A stretch of DNA of 64,000 bases from Octopus sinensis (taxonomy: Eukaryota). Made by a program: the position numbers and the translations under genes. Below the pieces are notes generated by a model that made no database searches, was not told where the DNA came from, and worked only from the letters and a program-made list of their open reading frames with translations. Location: NCBI RefSeq assembly GCF_006345805.1, contig NC_043009.1, positions 36,394,001-36,458,000 on the forward strand. The letters are read 5' to 3'. Positions 11,555-24,187 of the stretch are shown piece by piece. How positions within the stretch are numbered: the first letter of the stretch is position 1; the number at the start of each line of letters is the position of its first letter.

Positions 11555-12643
11555 CCTTTTTGTGAGCAGAAATATTTCTATTCTTTAAACCTTGTCAGAA
11601 AGAGTATACCTACCTTATTGTCCACTGAGAAATATGTAGCTTATAGTTGTTCATTGAGTATACAAACTAGGACGCAGATAAGCTGGTCTGTCTAATTTGC
11701 ATAACAGCTTATATTCTGACACCATTGATTAATTTAGAGTACATGATGCAGCATTTTTTGATAATTTGAAATATAAGGTATACCCTTCCATAATAAACAC
11801 ATGATTTTAGCCTCATTGTGAAAATTATGCTAAGTAAATACAGCACAAGTCTATATTTCTCCATGTAAAAATGGGTTTCATGTGACTGGTTTCTAGTCTT
11901 GTTAGAGCATCGTTAAGGAAATAATACCGTAGATGAGTCACTTATTACTACAAACTAAGACTTACTAAACTGTACAGTAAGGAATTGGTCATTTAGATAT
12001 TAATCAAAGTTTTATGGTTAATTTCAGTTTCTTAATTTGCTACATCAAGTAAGTTACCCACTTTACTAGTGTTTTTGCTTCTAAACACACGTCTTACCAC
12101 TAGTCTAACCTAAACACTGTAACCTAATGAATCAGACAACACTACTACAGCTTAGACCAGATGTGGTATCTATTTACAGCTATGTGCACTGAACCATTTA
12201 TAAATTGACACAACACAGTGCCAATAACAAGACACAAATCACTAAGCTCTCTCTATTCATTACCTGCTCTCTTAGATAATCAACCATCATATAAACAACA
12301 AAAATTTAAATTGTCAATCTTTTTTTAAACCATGAAATTTATTTTTATTTCAAATAAAATTTATACAAATGATAATTTAAATAATGATAACAAAACCTGC
12401 CAGAAGAACAAGATGTATAATAAATGAACTGATGAACAATACAAAATTGTCAAAACTATAGTGATATCTGTTAGGTAGATGGAAATATATGTTTGATATG
12501 TTTGTTGGCTGTGAATCTTTTATATCTTGGGAGGCTTGTTATTCTGAGCTGTGCTCCAATCTCTTAAGGTTGAACTTGCTAAACAGTTTATGGTGGTTTT
12601 GTTGTTTGTATTATTACATACTGACTCCTGTATTATTACATAC

Positions 12644-12968
12644 TGGCCCCGACTGGCTCCTGTGTCACAGACCATCCGAACGTTGCCAGCGCCGCCTTGG
12701 CTGGCTTCCGTGCCGCTGGCACGTTAAAAGCTCCAACCGATCGTGACCGATGCCGGACCCCCCCGGGCACCTGTGCAGGTGGCACGTAAAAAGCACCCAC
12801 TACACTCACGGAGTGGTTGGCGTTAGGAAGGGCATCCAGCCGTAGAAACTCTGCCAGATCAGACTGGAGCCTGGAGCAGCCCCTGGCTTCCCAGACCCCG
12901 GTCGAACTGTCCAACTCATGCCAGCATGGAAAGCGGACGTTAAACGATGATGATGATGATGATGATGA
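12644..12968 (+). mobile_element. RTE-LINE 3'-tail element
   Basis: Same core and sub-repeats; (GAT)n tail. Confidence 0.85.
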
Positions 12969-13460
12969 TATAGTATGATTGTTTTCATTAGTAATCTTAT
13001 ATCATTTTGGGAGGCTCTGCTGCATATGTGTGTATGTGTCTATCTATATATATAATCTTTAAAATAATTACATTTAAAAATAAATTCCATTTTAGTGTGT
13101 ATGTATCCACATATACACACACCTCTTTAATATTTTAATATGTATTATATATTTATATTTTTATGTATGTATGTGTATAAATCATCATCATTCGACATAC
13201 TTTTTTCCATAGAAGAAAAATTGTTCATGGACAACAGGTAAAATATACAGGACAGAATATATAAACAAGGTCAGCATACTTTTTCATCACCTGTTGTCCC
13301 TCAGTCAACGGTTGATGAAAGATGTTTATATCCTATGGTTTACCTGTTGTTTGTGTTCAACTTTTCTTTTATTTAGTGGTAAGAACAGCCAAAAAAGTAT
13401 ACATATATATGAGTATGTATGTAAGTGTGCATATACACATGTACATATGTATCTTATATA

Positions 13461-14594
13461 CACATCATTATCATCATCATTTAATGTCCGCTTTTCATGC
13501 TGGCATGGGTTGGATGATTTGACTGAGGACTGGCGAACCAGATGGCTGCACCAGGCTCCAATCTGATCTGGCAGAGTTTCTACAGCTGGATGCTCTTCCT
13601 AACGTCAACCACTCCGAGAGTGTAGTGGGTGCTTTTACATGCCACCGGCACGAAGGCCAGTCAGGCAGTACTGGCAATGGCCACACTCAAATGGTGATTT
13701 TTATGTGCCACCTGCACAGGAACCAGTCCAACGGCACTGGCAACGACCTTGCTCGAATATATCTTTTCATGTGCCATTAAGGCGACGCTGGTGAGGATCA
13801 TGCTCAAATAGTGCTTTTTACATGCCACCGGCACTGAAGCCAGTCAGCTGCTCTGGCAATGATCACACTCGGATGGTGCTTTTAGTGCTCCACAGCACGG
13901 ATGCTAGCCATCGAATTTGATTTCGATTTCACTTGCCTCAACAGGTCCTCACAAGCAGAGCTTAGTGTCCAATGAAGGAAAGGTACGCATAAGCAGGCTG
14001 ATTACACCCCTGGCATAGACCACGGGTTATGTTCTCACTTGGCTTACTGGGTCTTCTCAAGCACAGCATATTTCCAAAGGTCTCAGTCACTAGTCATTGC
14101 CTCAGTGAGGCCTAATGTTCGAAGGTCGTGCTTCACCACCTCATCCCAGGTCTTCCTGGGTCTACCTCTTCGACAGGTTCCCTCAACTGCTAGGGTGTGG
14201 CACTATTTCACACAGCTATCCTCATCCATTCTTGCCACATGACCATACCAGCACAGTCATCTCTCTTGCACACCACATCTGATGCTTCTTAGGTCCAACT
14301 TTTCTCTCAAGGTACTTATACTCTGTCAAATATGCACATTGACATTACACATCCATCAGAGCATACTGGCTTCATTCCTTGCAAGCTTACGTATGTCCTC
14401 AGAAGTCATGGCCCATTTCACTGCCATGTTGCATGGCTGTTCGTACACATGCATCATACAGTCTACCTTTTACTCTGAGCGAGAGGCCCTATGTCACCAG
14501 CAGAGGTAAGAGCTCTCTGAACTTTGCCCAGGTTATTCTTATTCTAGCAGCTACACTTTCAGTGCCAATCCTCCCACTACTGACTGAACCTTAG
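13461..14594 (-). mobile_element. 5'-truncated RTE-clade LINE: end of ORF (14045-14594) plus complete 3' UTR and (GAT)n tail
   Basis: Minus translation gives ARIRITWAKFRELLPLL...RVKGRLYDACVRTAM...WYGHVARMDEDSCVK...RRGRPRKTWDEVVKHDL, with in-frame stops. The 3' UTR is the same sequence family as the abundant short tail elements. Confidence 0.9.
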
Positions 14595-14799
14595 GAGGGG
14601 CATTATGCCAGTAATAATAAACACACACTGGTTTGTTTCTTTATTGTTATTGTTCAGTATTGTTTGTGTTTTTTTTTTCTTTGTCAAATAATTATTTCAT
14701 TACATTGTTGCAATCTCTTCAGTGACACATCTCTCTACTTCCATTTCTTTTGAACTTACGTTTCAGCATCAGAACACACACACACACATAGACATGCAA

Positions 14800-16400
14800 C
14801 TGAATTATGCTAAGAGAGGGTATAAGATCTTTGACTAGAAAATTAATCATCTACTCTATATGGATGATCTAAAACTGTTTGTCAAAAACGACAAAGAATT
14901 AGAAGAGCTCCTGAATATTGTCAAAGAATTCAGCTCTGATATAGGTATGGAATTCAGACTTGATAAATGTACAATGGCTATTTTCAAGGCAGGAAAGTTC
15001 ATAAAGGCAGAAAACATAAAACTTGATACCACCACAGTTATTTAAAACCGAGACCAATCCGAAGTATACAAATGTCTGGGAACAAATGAAGGTGATGGTA
15101 TCTAGCACTCTAAAATGGAAGGGAAAATCTGCAAGAAATGTTACAAAAGGGTAGGAATGTTCCTAAACTCAGCATTAAATGTTGCTAACAAAATTAATGC
15201 GATCAATTCTTTGGCCATACCAGTAACCACATATAGCTTCGGTATCATTAAGTGGAGTCTCACTGACATGCAGAATATGGATGGAAAGATCTGTAAAATC
15301 TTTACAAGTTACTGAATGCACCATCCAAAATCAGATGTAGACAAGATTTATCTCCCAAGAAAAATAGGTGGAAGAAGCCTGATACAGTTCAAACAATCCT
15401 TCAAACCAGCAATAATAGGCCTTGAAATGTACCTTAATACAAGTGATGTGCTCTTATGAACTGCACTGAAGCATGAAGATTCCAAACAAGCTTCAGTCAT
15501 GAAGCTAAATCAGAAATTAAAAAAAAGTCTTTTGGCCTACAAGTTAACAATAAGAATGACCAAAGACACCCAAATACAGACAGATGCAGAAGACTGGTGG
15601 CTATGGATGAGGAGTAGTGACCTGAAGATAGAGACAGAAGCACTTATATGTGCAGCACAAGAACAAGCATTAAGTACTAATTATGTGAAGTGCAGAATCA
15701 ACAATGCTACCAAAATAGACAAATGCAGAATGTGTGGTGAGAGGGATGAAATAGTATGGCACACTATTAGTGAATGCCTGGAATTGGTACAACACAAGTA
15801 CAAAAGATGACATGACAATGTGGCAAGAATAATCCATTGGGAGCTCTAAGGAAATTATGGCATACAAAGAGCTAAGATGTGGTATGATCAAACCCCAGAA
15901 GAAGTCACCAAAAATGAAGATTGCAAAATCCTGTAGGATGCAATGATTCAGTGAAATCACCTGACCAGACATTGGAAACTAGACATTGTTGTGGTGAATA
16001 AAAAAGAAAGAACTTGCATGAAAATCAACATAGCATGTCCTGGTGACAACAGGATCAAAGAGAAAGAAGAAAAACTGAACAACTGCAATGATTTGAAGAG
16101 GGAAATACAAAGGTTATGGTCAATGAGGAGAGTAGATGTGATACCAATAGTAATTGGCACACTTGGAAGTATCAGCACTCAACTACCAGCATGGCTCAAA
16201 AAGATCGGTACAAATGTAAAGACAGAACACCTACAAAACCCAGCATTGCTTGGAACTGCAAGGATTCTTCACAGGGTTCTTGAAGCATGACCAGTAAACA
16301 AGTGTCATCTCAGTCTGCTGGCTGTAGACAGCTAACACTTTCCATCAAACCCAGCAAAATAAGCTGAGAGTTTTCATTAAATAATAATAATGATAATAAC
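14800..16400 (+). mobile_element. 5'-truncated R4/Dong-clade non-LTR retrotransposon (RT end, CCHC knuckle, RLE endonuclease)
   Basis: INHLLYMDDLKLF (RT), ETEALICAAQEQALSTN, CRMCGERDEIVWHTISEC, DIVVVNKKERTCMKINIACPGD and VDVIPIVIGTLG. Multiple stops; ends in a (TAA)n-like tract at ~16379-16400. Confidence 0.88.
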
Positions 16401-17185
16401 AATATTAAGTAGAAATGTTGGTGATAGGCTGAGTCAATTAAATCAACTTCACTGTGACAAATTCTGGATGGATGAAAGGTAAAGTGAATCTTTTGGGTAT
16501 TTGAACTCAGAACATACAGTGACATAACTAAAAGTATTCCCTCTGTAATTTCACAACTTAAAAAAAAAATCTTAAAACACTATTAATTTCAACTTCATTC
16601 ATTGTGTACTTGTTAAACTAAGGGATCTTATGTAGCATTATAGAACAAGGATAAATACCTTAATTCTTTGTCGTCTTGGAGCCATCTTGAAATCTACCAA
16701 CCACTACCATTATTATTCTGTCTTACAGACATTTGCAAACATAAATTTTAATATTTGTAGACATTTTTTCATTTGCCAGTAATAAATAAAAGCTGTTCAA
16801 GAATGTTATTTCTTTTGACAGCTTATCAATACTTACTGATTCCAAACTTTGGCATAACTAAGGACAAAAATGAACTGTTCAAACTCAGCTGATCAATACT
16901 ATAAAAATCGTTTCCAATATCTTAAATGAAGAAGATCTAAGCAAAGAAAGAGGAAAGACAATATTTGGACCCAAAATATTTAAAACTTATAAGAATACAT
17001 TTTCAATAAATATCAATATAGTGTCACCAATATTTTGGTCAACTCTTGTAGGAAATATTTCCTTTGAGTAAAATATTATTTACAAGTCTTTGGAATTTTT
17101 TCAGAGATATTCATCTTAAAATCTTTATAGTAGTTTCATTAAAAAATATTTATCCAGACTCTTTACATCCTTTCTCTCCCTCCCC

Positions 17186-17187
17186 CC

Positions 17188-17248
<61 letters not shown>
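17186..17248. repeat. (CT)n + (AT)n microsatellite, left border of the 969-bp duplication
   Basis: Directly visible. Confidence 0.95.
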
Positions 17249-17252
<4 letters not shown>

Positions 17253-17906
17253 ATGAATTAGAAGTAGCTTGAGGTATATAAACAAAGTTGAACACACACA
17301 AGGTATGTATGTTGTTAGTTTGTCAGGCAGTTGTATTTTGAACTAACATGCACACCTTGTGTATGCGTGTTTGGTGTTATATATATATACACACATTTAC
17401 ATGCATGTATATACATATATGCGCATGCTTGTATGCATGTATGATTATTTTGTAAAATCAACAAAAATAGTATGTGATCAAGCTATGAACAGTGGAAAAT
17501 CCAATATTTTGGACAAAGTCTTTTTCAGGAAAAGGTTGACAAGAGTAAAATTTTAAAAATACAGAAGAATTTGACATCCTCTAAGTTGCAAAAAGGAAAG
17601 AAAATGGTAAATTGCACTGAAGAAGAACTCTATCTGAACCATCGATTTTCACTCCCCACAGCAAGTTTACTGTACTCTATTGATATTACTGTATAATAAC
17701 AAGTCTTGCCAACACAGACCAATCCTGTCTCCTTGGAGTCTGCTTAATTGTATAGCACATTTATATTGCATTCCATAAGCAATGATTTGAGATCATTAAA
17801 AGACTTTTGCTCTTCCTTAAACTGTTTTATCTAAAGTATCACCTTGTGAATTCCAAGCTTGCCTTTCAACTTATTTGTTCCAGTAAAAATATTTTTGAAA
17901 ATCTTG

Positions 17907-18049
17907 TTAGACAGGTAAGTAGTGTTTCCTGTCTTCAAGTGAAATGTTTATCCATAAAGAGTTAGATAAATCATTACTCATCCAGTTGTAATGGAACCAA
18001 ATGTTCGTCGCAACAATGAGATATTCTGACAAAGCAAACATAGTGAAAA
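17907..18049 (-). CDS. PGAP2: PGAP2 terminal coding exon, distal copy
   Basis: Polypyrimidine tract ...ttttctatttttcAG. The phase-1 junction G|TT gives VFTMFALSEYLIVATNIWFH...EDRKHYLPV*. Identical to the 18876-19018 copy. Confidence 0.75.
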
Positions 18050-18875
18050 CTGAAAAATAGAAAAGAAAATAAAAGAAATAAACAATACAATTTAATTCAT
18101 TTACCATCGTAGTTATTATTAAAACATGAACATGTATAGGTGTCTATCTATCTGTCTAAAAACACACACACACACACTATATATATATATATATATTATA
18201 TATATATATATATATATAAACATGAATTAGAAGTAGCTTGAGGTATATAAACAAAGTTGAACACACACAAGGTATGTATGTTGTTAGTTTGTCAGGCAGT
18301 TGTATTTTGAACTAACATGCACACCTTGTGTATGCGTGTTTGGTGTTATATATATATACACACATTTACATGCATGTATATACATATATGCGCATGCTTG
18401 TATGCATGTATGATTATTTTGTAAAATCAACAAAAATAGTATGTGATCAAGCTATGAACAGTGGAAAATCCAATATTTTGGACAAAGTCTTTTTCAGGAA
18501 AAGGTTGACAAGAGTAAAATTTTAAAAATACAGAAGAATTTGACATCCTCTAAGTTGCAAAAAGGAAAGAAAATGGTAAATTGCACTGAAGAAGAACTCT
18601 ATCTGAACCATCGATTTTCACTCCCCACAGCAAGTTTACTGTACTCTATTGATATTACTGTATAATAACAAGTCTTGCCAACACAGACCAATCCTGTCTC
18701 CTTGGAGTCTGCTTAATTGTATAGCACATTTATATTGCATTCCATAAGCAATGATTTGAGATCATTAAAAGACTTTTGCTCTTCCTTAAACTGTTTTATC
18801 TAAAGTATCACCTTGTGAATTCCAAGCTTGCCTTTCAACTTATTTGTTCCAGTAAAAATATTTTTGAAAATCTTG

Positions 18876-19018
18876 TTAGACAGGTAAGTAGTGTTTCCTG
18901 TCTTCAAGTGAAATGTTTATCCATAAAGAGTTAGATAAATCATTACTCATCCAGTTGTAATGGAACCAAATGTTCGTCGCAACAATGAGATATTCTGACA
19001 AAGCAAACATAGTGAAAA
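18876..19018 (-). CDS. PGAP2: PGAP2 terminal coding exon, proximal copy
   Basis: Same acceptor. In frame with exon 43852-43960 (CEPG|VFTMFALSEY, cf. vertebrate CEAGVYTIFAILEY); TAA at 18878-18876. Confidence 0.88.
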
Positions 19019-19145
19019 CTGAAAAATAGAAAAGAAAATAAAAGAAATAAACAATACAATTTAATTCATTTACCATCGTAGTTATTATTAAAACATGAAC
19101 ATGTATAGGTGTCTATCTATCTGTCTAAAAACACACACACACACA

Positions 19146-19181
<36 letters not shown>

Positions 19182-19913
19182 TAAATTAATAGAAAAACAA
19201 AAGACGAAGACAGGTGTATGAACAACAAGCAAGTGTATTAGTCTGATGATCAGGAAAAATGAAAAAGATTTTTACATTTCGAGCCTATGCTCTTCAACAG
19301 AAAGGAATAAGAGAAAATAAACAGGGAGAGAGTGAAAAAAAACTTGTAGATTTCAGCAGTCCAGCATGGCAAATGATTGGGAAAAAAGAGGTTGAAAGGA
19401 AGGGAGATAATAATAAAAAAAGAGAGGTCAAATGAAAGGGAGATAATAAATGCTAGCGATCCCAACAAGAGAAGGTGCGCATATATGTGTGTGACTCTGA
19501 TGTATGTGTGCATGTGTAACGTGTGTGTGTTGTGTGTAGCAGTTGATGTGTGCTTTCTCATGTAGTGTGTGCATGTGTGTGTCTGTGACCCAAAATGTGC
19601 ATGTGTATGGTGTATATACGTGGGTGAAAGTTATTTTTGTCTATGTATGTTGTGTGTGAATGTATATATATCCTGTGTTCAAGTATATGTGCTTGTGTAG
19701 GCGTGGGAGTATATATTGTGTTCAGGTATTGTGTGCTTGTGAGTGTATGGGAGTGTGCATGATGGTGTGTGGTATATATACTGAGTTTCACCTTTGCATA
19801 ACCTACCACAGCTGCATAGGATGGAGCACATGCAACCTTTGGTCATATTTTCTTCAATTGGTGGTTTCACTTGAAGGAGATATTTGCAAAGTGTTGTATT
19901 ACTCTTGAATACT

Positions 19914-20146
19914 TATTTCTTTATTACCCACAAGGGGCTAAACATAGAGGGGACAAACAAGGACAGACATAGGTATTAAGTCGATTACATCGACCCCCAG
20001 TGCGTAACTGGTACTTAATTTATCGACCCCGAAAGGATGAAAGGCAAAGTCGACCTCGGCGGAATTTGAACTCAGAACGTAGCGCTAGACGAAATACTGC
20101 TAAGCATTTCGCCCGTAGTGCTAACGTTTCTGCCAGCTCGCCACCT
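19914..20146 (-). mobile_element. Near full-length tRNA-derived SINE (GAGGTCGACTTTGCC family)
   Basis: Minus strand GGTGGCGAGCTGGCAGAAACGTTAGCAC...TTCTGAGTTCAAATTCCGCCGAGGTCGACTTTGCCTTTCATCCTTTCGGGGTCGATAAATTAAGTACC...AATAAAGAAATA. Confidence 0.88.
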
Positions 20147-20430
20147 GAATACTGTCCTGATGTCATATTGGCCACATATCTTTTGTATCTTTTTGGAGAG
20201 GCCCTTCACATAGGATAGACAGACTGTGGACAGTTTATTGGTTTCATTCTCTCTTCTCTTCATAATTGGAATGGGTAGTTGTTAATAGATTGTTATTTAG
20301 CTTGATCATTTCTTCATGGTGGGTTGATGTACAGGCAACTAACTCAACACTACAGTAAACTACCACACATGTACGGTCTCCCTAAGTTCACCAGTTGGGA
20401 CTTTGGTGAACAGACTTATCACAATCAAAC
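20147..20430 (-). mobile_element. Internally deleted Penelope-like element remnant
   Basis: Minus frames IVISLFTKVP (cf. DVVSLFTKVP RT motif) and CLSYVKGLSKKIQKICGQYDIRTVF (cf. LPYVKGLSEKI.RI...Y.I..VF). Confidence 0.6.
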
Positions 20431-21721
20431 AAACATAGGTATCTAGTTATCAAGCTCAGTACTCACTGTTCTGAGTTCAAGTCACACTGACTGTTTTGCA
20501 GGATCACTAATCATCATTATCATCATCATCAACATCCTCAACATCATCATTTAAACCTGCTGGCACAGTTGGAAGATCTGATGAACTGGAGGACAACATT
20601 GAGCTCTGATGTCTTTAGATTTGATGCAATTAATATAGGTGATTGAGTAGAGACACTCAGCAAATTCACCCACCAACAAAATATGACTTCATGTCTAGTC
20701 AAATGGAGTAGGTAATTTAAATGTAGTTGAAACAAATATTTGTAGGATGTTTTACAATCACAAAGGCGTAAAGTGGTTGAGTGAATATGGTATAGGATTG
20801 CCAGCTCACAAAACTTGAGTTTAATTATTCTACTGCAAGTATATCAATCTATATTTAGGGGACACTTAACTCAGCAACACGTATCAGGTCATCTGGGAGT
20901 ATAACATGAAACAGACTTGCACCATAAACAGAAGATTTATTTCTTACTCAAAGTCACTGAAATTTATAACGTCTCTCTGAAAGCTTTACAATTTAATCAT
21001 TATCATTACCACTGACATACACTGCAGACATGTTTCAATTAACTTTGAAAATAATTAATTTAAATGAATTTAGTTAAATAATCAAATTTTTCATAATTAA
21101 AAAAGTGTTTGGAACATGGATGGTTTTCATATAAAATCATGATGAAAGGTTTTAATAGAAATGCATTTAGATGAGAGAGTTTGTTTTATAGAAGCAGAGG
21201 AATATCATGTGGATTAATAACAAAAGGGTTAAACTCCAGTCAGGTAATATGTACTTTACTCAAAGCATTGCCTATGATAAAAGGTAAACACATTGAATCA
21301 TTGTGAAGGAAACCAACACACACACATAATATACAGAAACCAACACACAGGCACATACATATAATATACAGAAACTAACACACATAATATACAACCAACA
21401 CACATATATAATATAAATGCACATCCAAATATTACATGCACAAACAAAAAGAAAAATACAAAACATGACACTTGTTATCAATTTAGCAAAGTGTAACAGT
21501 TTCTGTGAGAAGACATCAATGACCAAATTGACTGGATCTCAGATAATCAGAGGCTTAATGTTTTGTATATAGTCACAACTATGTGTTCATAACTGGCTGC
21601 AAGGAGTGACAGCACTATAAAACTGTTCAGTTTCATTGATTTACATCACTAAGTTCCAATCCCTTCCATGAGAAAAAAGTTCTTTTGATTGATCAGTAGC
21701 ACATTATATATATATATATAT

Positions 21722-22080
21722 AAATCCAAAATCCAAATCCAAATCGATCAACATCAATGGAAGTTGCAGCTGTGATACCAGTGCCAGTGGTGCATAAGAG
21801 AACCATTCGAACGTAGCCGTTGCCAGCGCCGCTCCGACTGGCCTCATGCCGGTGGCATGTAAAAAGCACCATCCGATCGTGACCGTTGCCAGCCTCGCCT
21901 GGCACGTAAAAAGCACCCACTACACTCACGGAGTGGTTGGCATTAGGAAGGGCATCCAGCCATAGAAACATTGCCAGATCAGACTGGGCCTGGTGCAGCC
22001 TTCTGGCTTCCCAGACCCCAGTTGAACCGTCCAACCCATGCTAGCATGGAGAGCGGACGCTAAACGATGATGATGATGAT
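21722..22080 (+). mobile_element. RTE-tail element with extended 5' part
   Basis: Starts AAATCCAAAATCCAAATC after (TA)n; has sub-repeats, core and (GAT)n tail. Confidence 0.85.
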
Positions 22081-22933
22081 ATATACGGGATAGGAATTTA
22101 TGCTTGATCTGATTGATGATACATGAAGCAGAAATAAGCATCAATCTCTTGGATCTTTATGGTTTGAGAAACCAGCTGCCCAAACATCAATATCTTCTTC
22201 TTCTGCTTCCTCTCTAGAATTTTCTTAATGATTGATAGCCATTGTTTAAAGTATCTTCAGTTCAGTACTGACATATCTAGAAGACTGTCTTAAGATTGCT
22301 GGTGCACTAATTTAGACTCCTGGTAAGTGAATTCTGCAATACAGCTTCAATTCCTGGTTGAACCAGTTTTGCTTGCTTTTAGTTATTTCTTATGAAATTA
22401 TGTCTTGAAAATTTGGTTACAGATCCTATCTTTCTTCTTCTGGTTGTTTTCAGGGTCTCTAAGATTGGTTAGGGGAAGGAAATAAGTTATCCTCAGGCCA
22501 GACACCTCACCTGAATACATGTAACAAACTGTAATCCATTAAAGCTACCCATGGGCAAGTGATGGTGTTAAGCAGGGTGATGTATTAAGTGCAGGCATAT
22601 AAAATAAAGGTTCATGAGTTCAAGCCCTGTCTGATCATATCTACTAATATATTGGTAGATGGTGAGAAACATTAAAACATAATAAATCATATACAAAAAA
22701 AAATGTAAGTTAAGACTAACAACATAAAAATATTATCTGTCAGTACATCATTGTTAAGTTTGGTATCACTAGTTTTCAAATTATGAGAGTTATTATTTAT
22801 CAAGGACACTAGACTGACTACTAGTGTACAAACCAACATTTAGTATGTTATCACTGACAAAGAGCTATAACACTGTCAAAGACACTTAATATTGAACAGT
22901 TTAGAGCACCAAGCTTATAAATGGTAAGCTTAA

Positions 22934-23153
22934 TCCTTTAGCGGTCAGAATACTCTTTCAAATGTAATGCTTATTTATTCAAATTGTTTTGAATTAATCA
23001 TGCACTATCTTGTAGCTTTGATATTTCAATTATGTGATTGTTTATTTTTAGAATAACATTATAGGGTAGATGTAAGATGCCAGATCTGGATGGTTTGAAT
23101 GTAAAACAGGTACAATATTTGGGTTAGACATGGATGGTTTAAATGCTAAACGG
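22934..23153. mobile_element. TTAA-flanked (piggyBac-type) MITE
   Basis: TTAA at 22930-22933 and 23154-23157; termini CCTTTAGC / GCTAAACGG. Homologous to 25729-25949, ~36868-37045, 44465-44681, ~50218-50420 and the interrupted copy at ~58860-59217. Confidence 0.7.
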
Positions 23154-24187
23154 TTAACCCTTTAATCCTTTCATGACCATTTTTCTCGTGAAATATTATC
23201 ACTTTCAATTAACTTTGAAAATGGTGATGAATTTTAAGGAATGTAGTAAAATATCTTTGTCATCCTTCCTCTTGTGACCATGTCATTAGAAGAAACTAAA
23301 CTAGTAAGGCTCATAAAGAGGCACAGTTCACTATGTTTATTAGTAAGGGGACAATTTATGACTGTTTATAACTTGCATTTTGAGAAGAACCTTTAGTACA
23401 AATGTTTCCAGCCACTGTACCATTGCACACTTGTATGTTACAAGTGTGTCACCAATGGGCCAAAGCTTTTAGAAGTGAGTTGGAAAATGTCAAAATATTC
23501 AGATAACTTTCCAATGCACTATTCTAGTGCAAGTGAATTTCTTTGCATTAAAATGCAATGTATCCACCCATCTCTATTTTAAAGCAATTTTAATACTTTT
23601 TATAAAGCAAAACTTATAAAGAGTTGGTGTGTCACTATAACATTTTTAGCAGTTCATTCAGTGTTCTATGGATAAAAATCGGTTGAATATAATTATTTTA
23701 GTAGATTGGTGTCACAATGTTTTTGCAGAAAGGGATCTAGATCAAACTCTTAATGCCATACAAACTGGAAAATTTTCTCATAAGCATAACACTTTTTAAT
23801 AAGCCACAATGAAAACATCTTTCAGTTAGTAATAAATTCCAATTGCTGTGGTGGAAGAGAAATATTCTTTCCCAGAATAATACTTTTAGTTCAGTGCAAG
23901 TAACTTTTCACGGTAGTTCCTGATATTCATTCTCTACAGCTTTATATAATTAACTCCTGGTCTGTAAAAGAAAGTGTTCTAGGTAGGGTTTAACAAAATT
24001 CTTGAAGACTTAAATTATATTGGAGAGAGATGTGTCATATACATTGTTGTACATTGTTACATAATTGTTGAGGTGTTCATTGCATGGGTGTGAAAGACTT
24101 TGTCCATAAAATGAAAAACAGCAAAATTGGCTTGTTTCAGTTTCAAGTATGGTAAGTGTATCTGTATACATAAATACATGTGTGCAT

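Larger units (their letters stand above)
17249..19178. repeat. Tandem duplication, 969-bp period, containing the PGAP2 terminal exon
   Basis: Unit 1 starts at 17249 (AAACATGAATTAG) and unit 2 at 18218. Each ends in (CA)n(TA)n; the (CA) tract is 15 nt versus 17 nt and the rest appears identical by eye. Confidence 0.95.

Noticed and set aside
10276-13700. RTE-tail sub-repeats as a CRISPR-like array; the many 60-100-aa ORFs inside these repeats
   Set aside because: Eukaryotic retroelement UTR with no unique spacers or cas genes; the ORFs are incidental translations of the repeat.
17359-17556. Duplicated 65-aa + strand ORFs (also 18328-18525)
   Set aside because: Antisense reading of the PGAP2 3' UTR over (TA)/(CA)-rich sequence.
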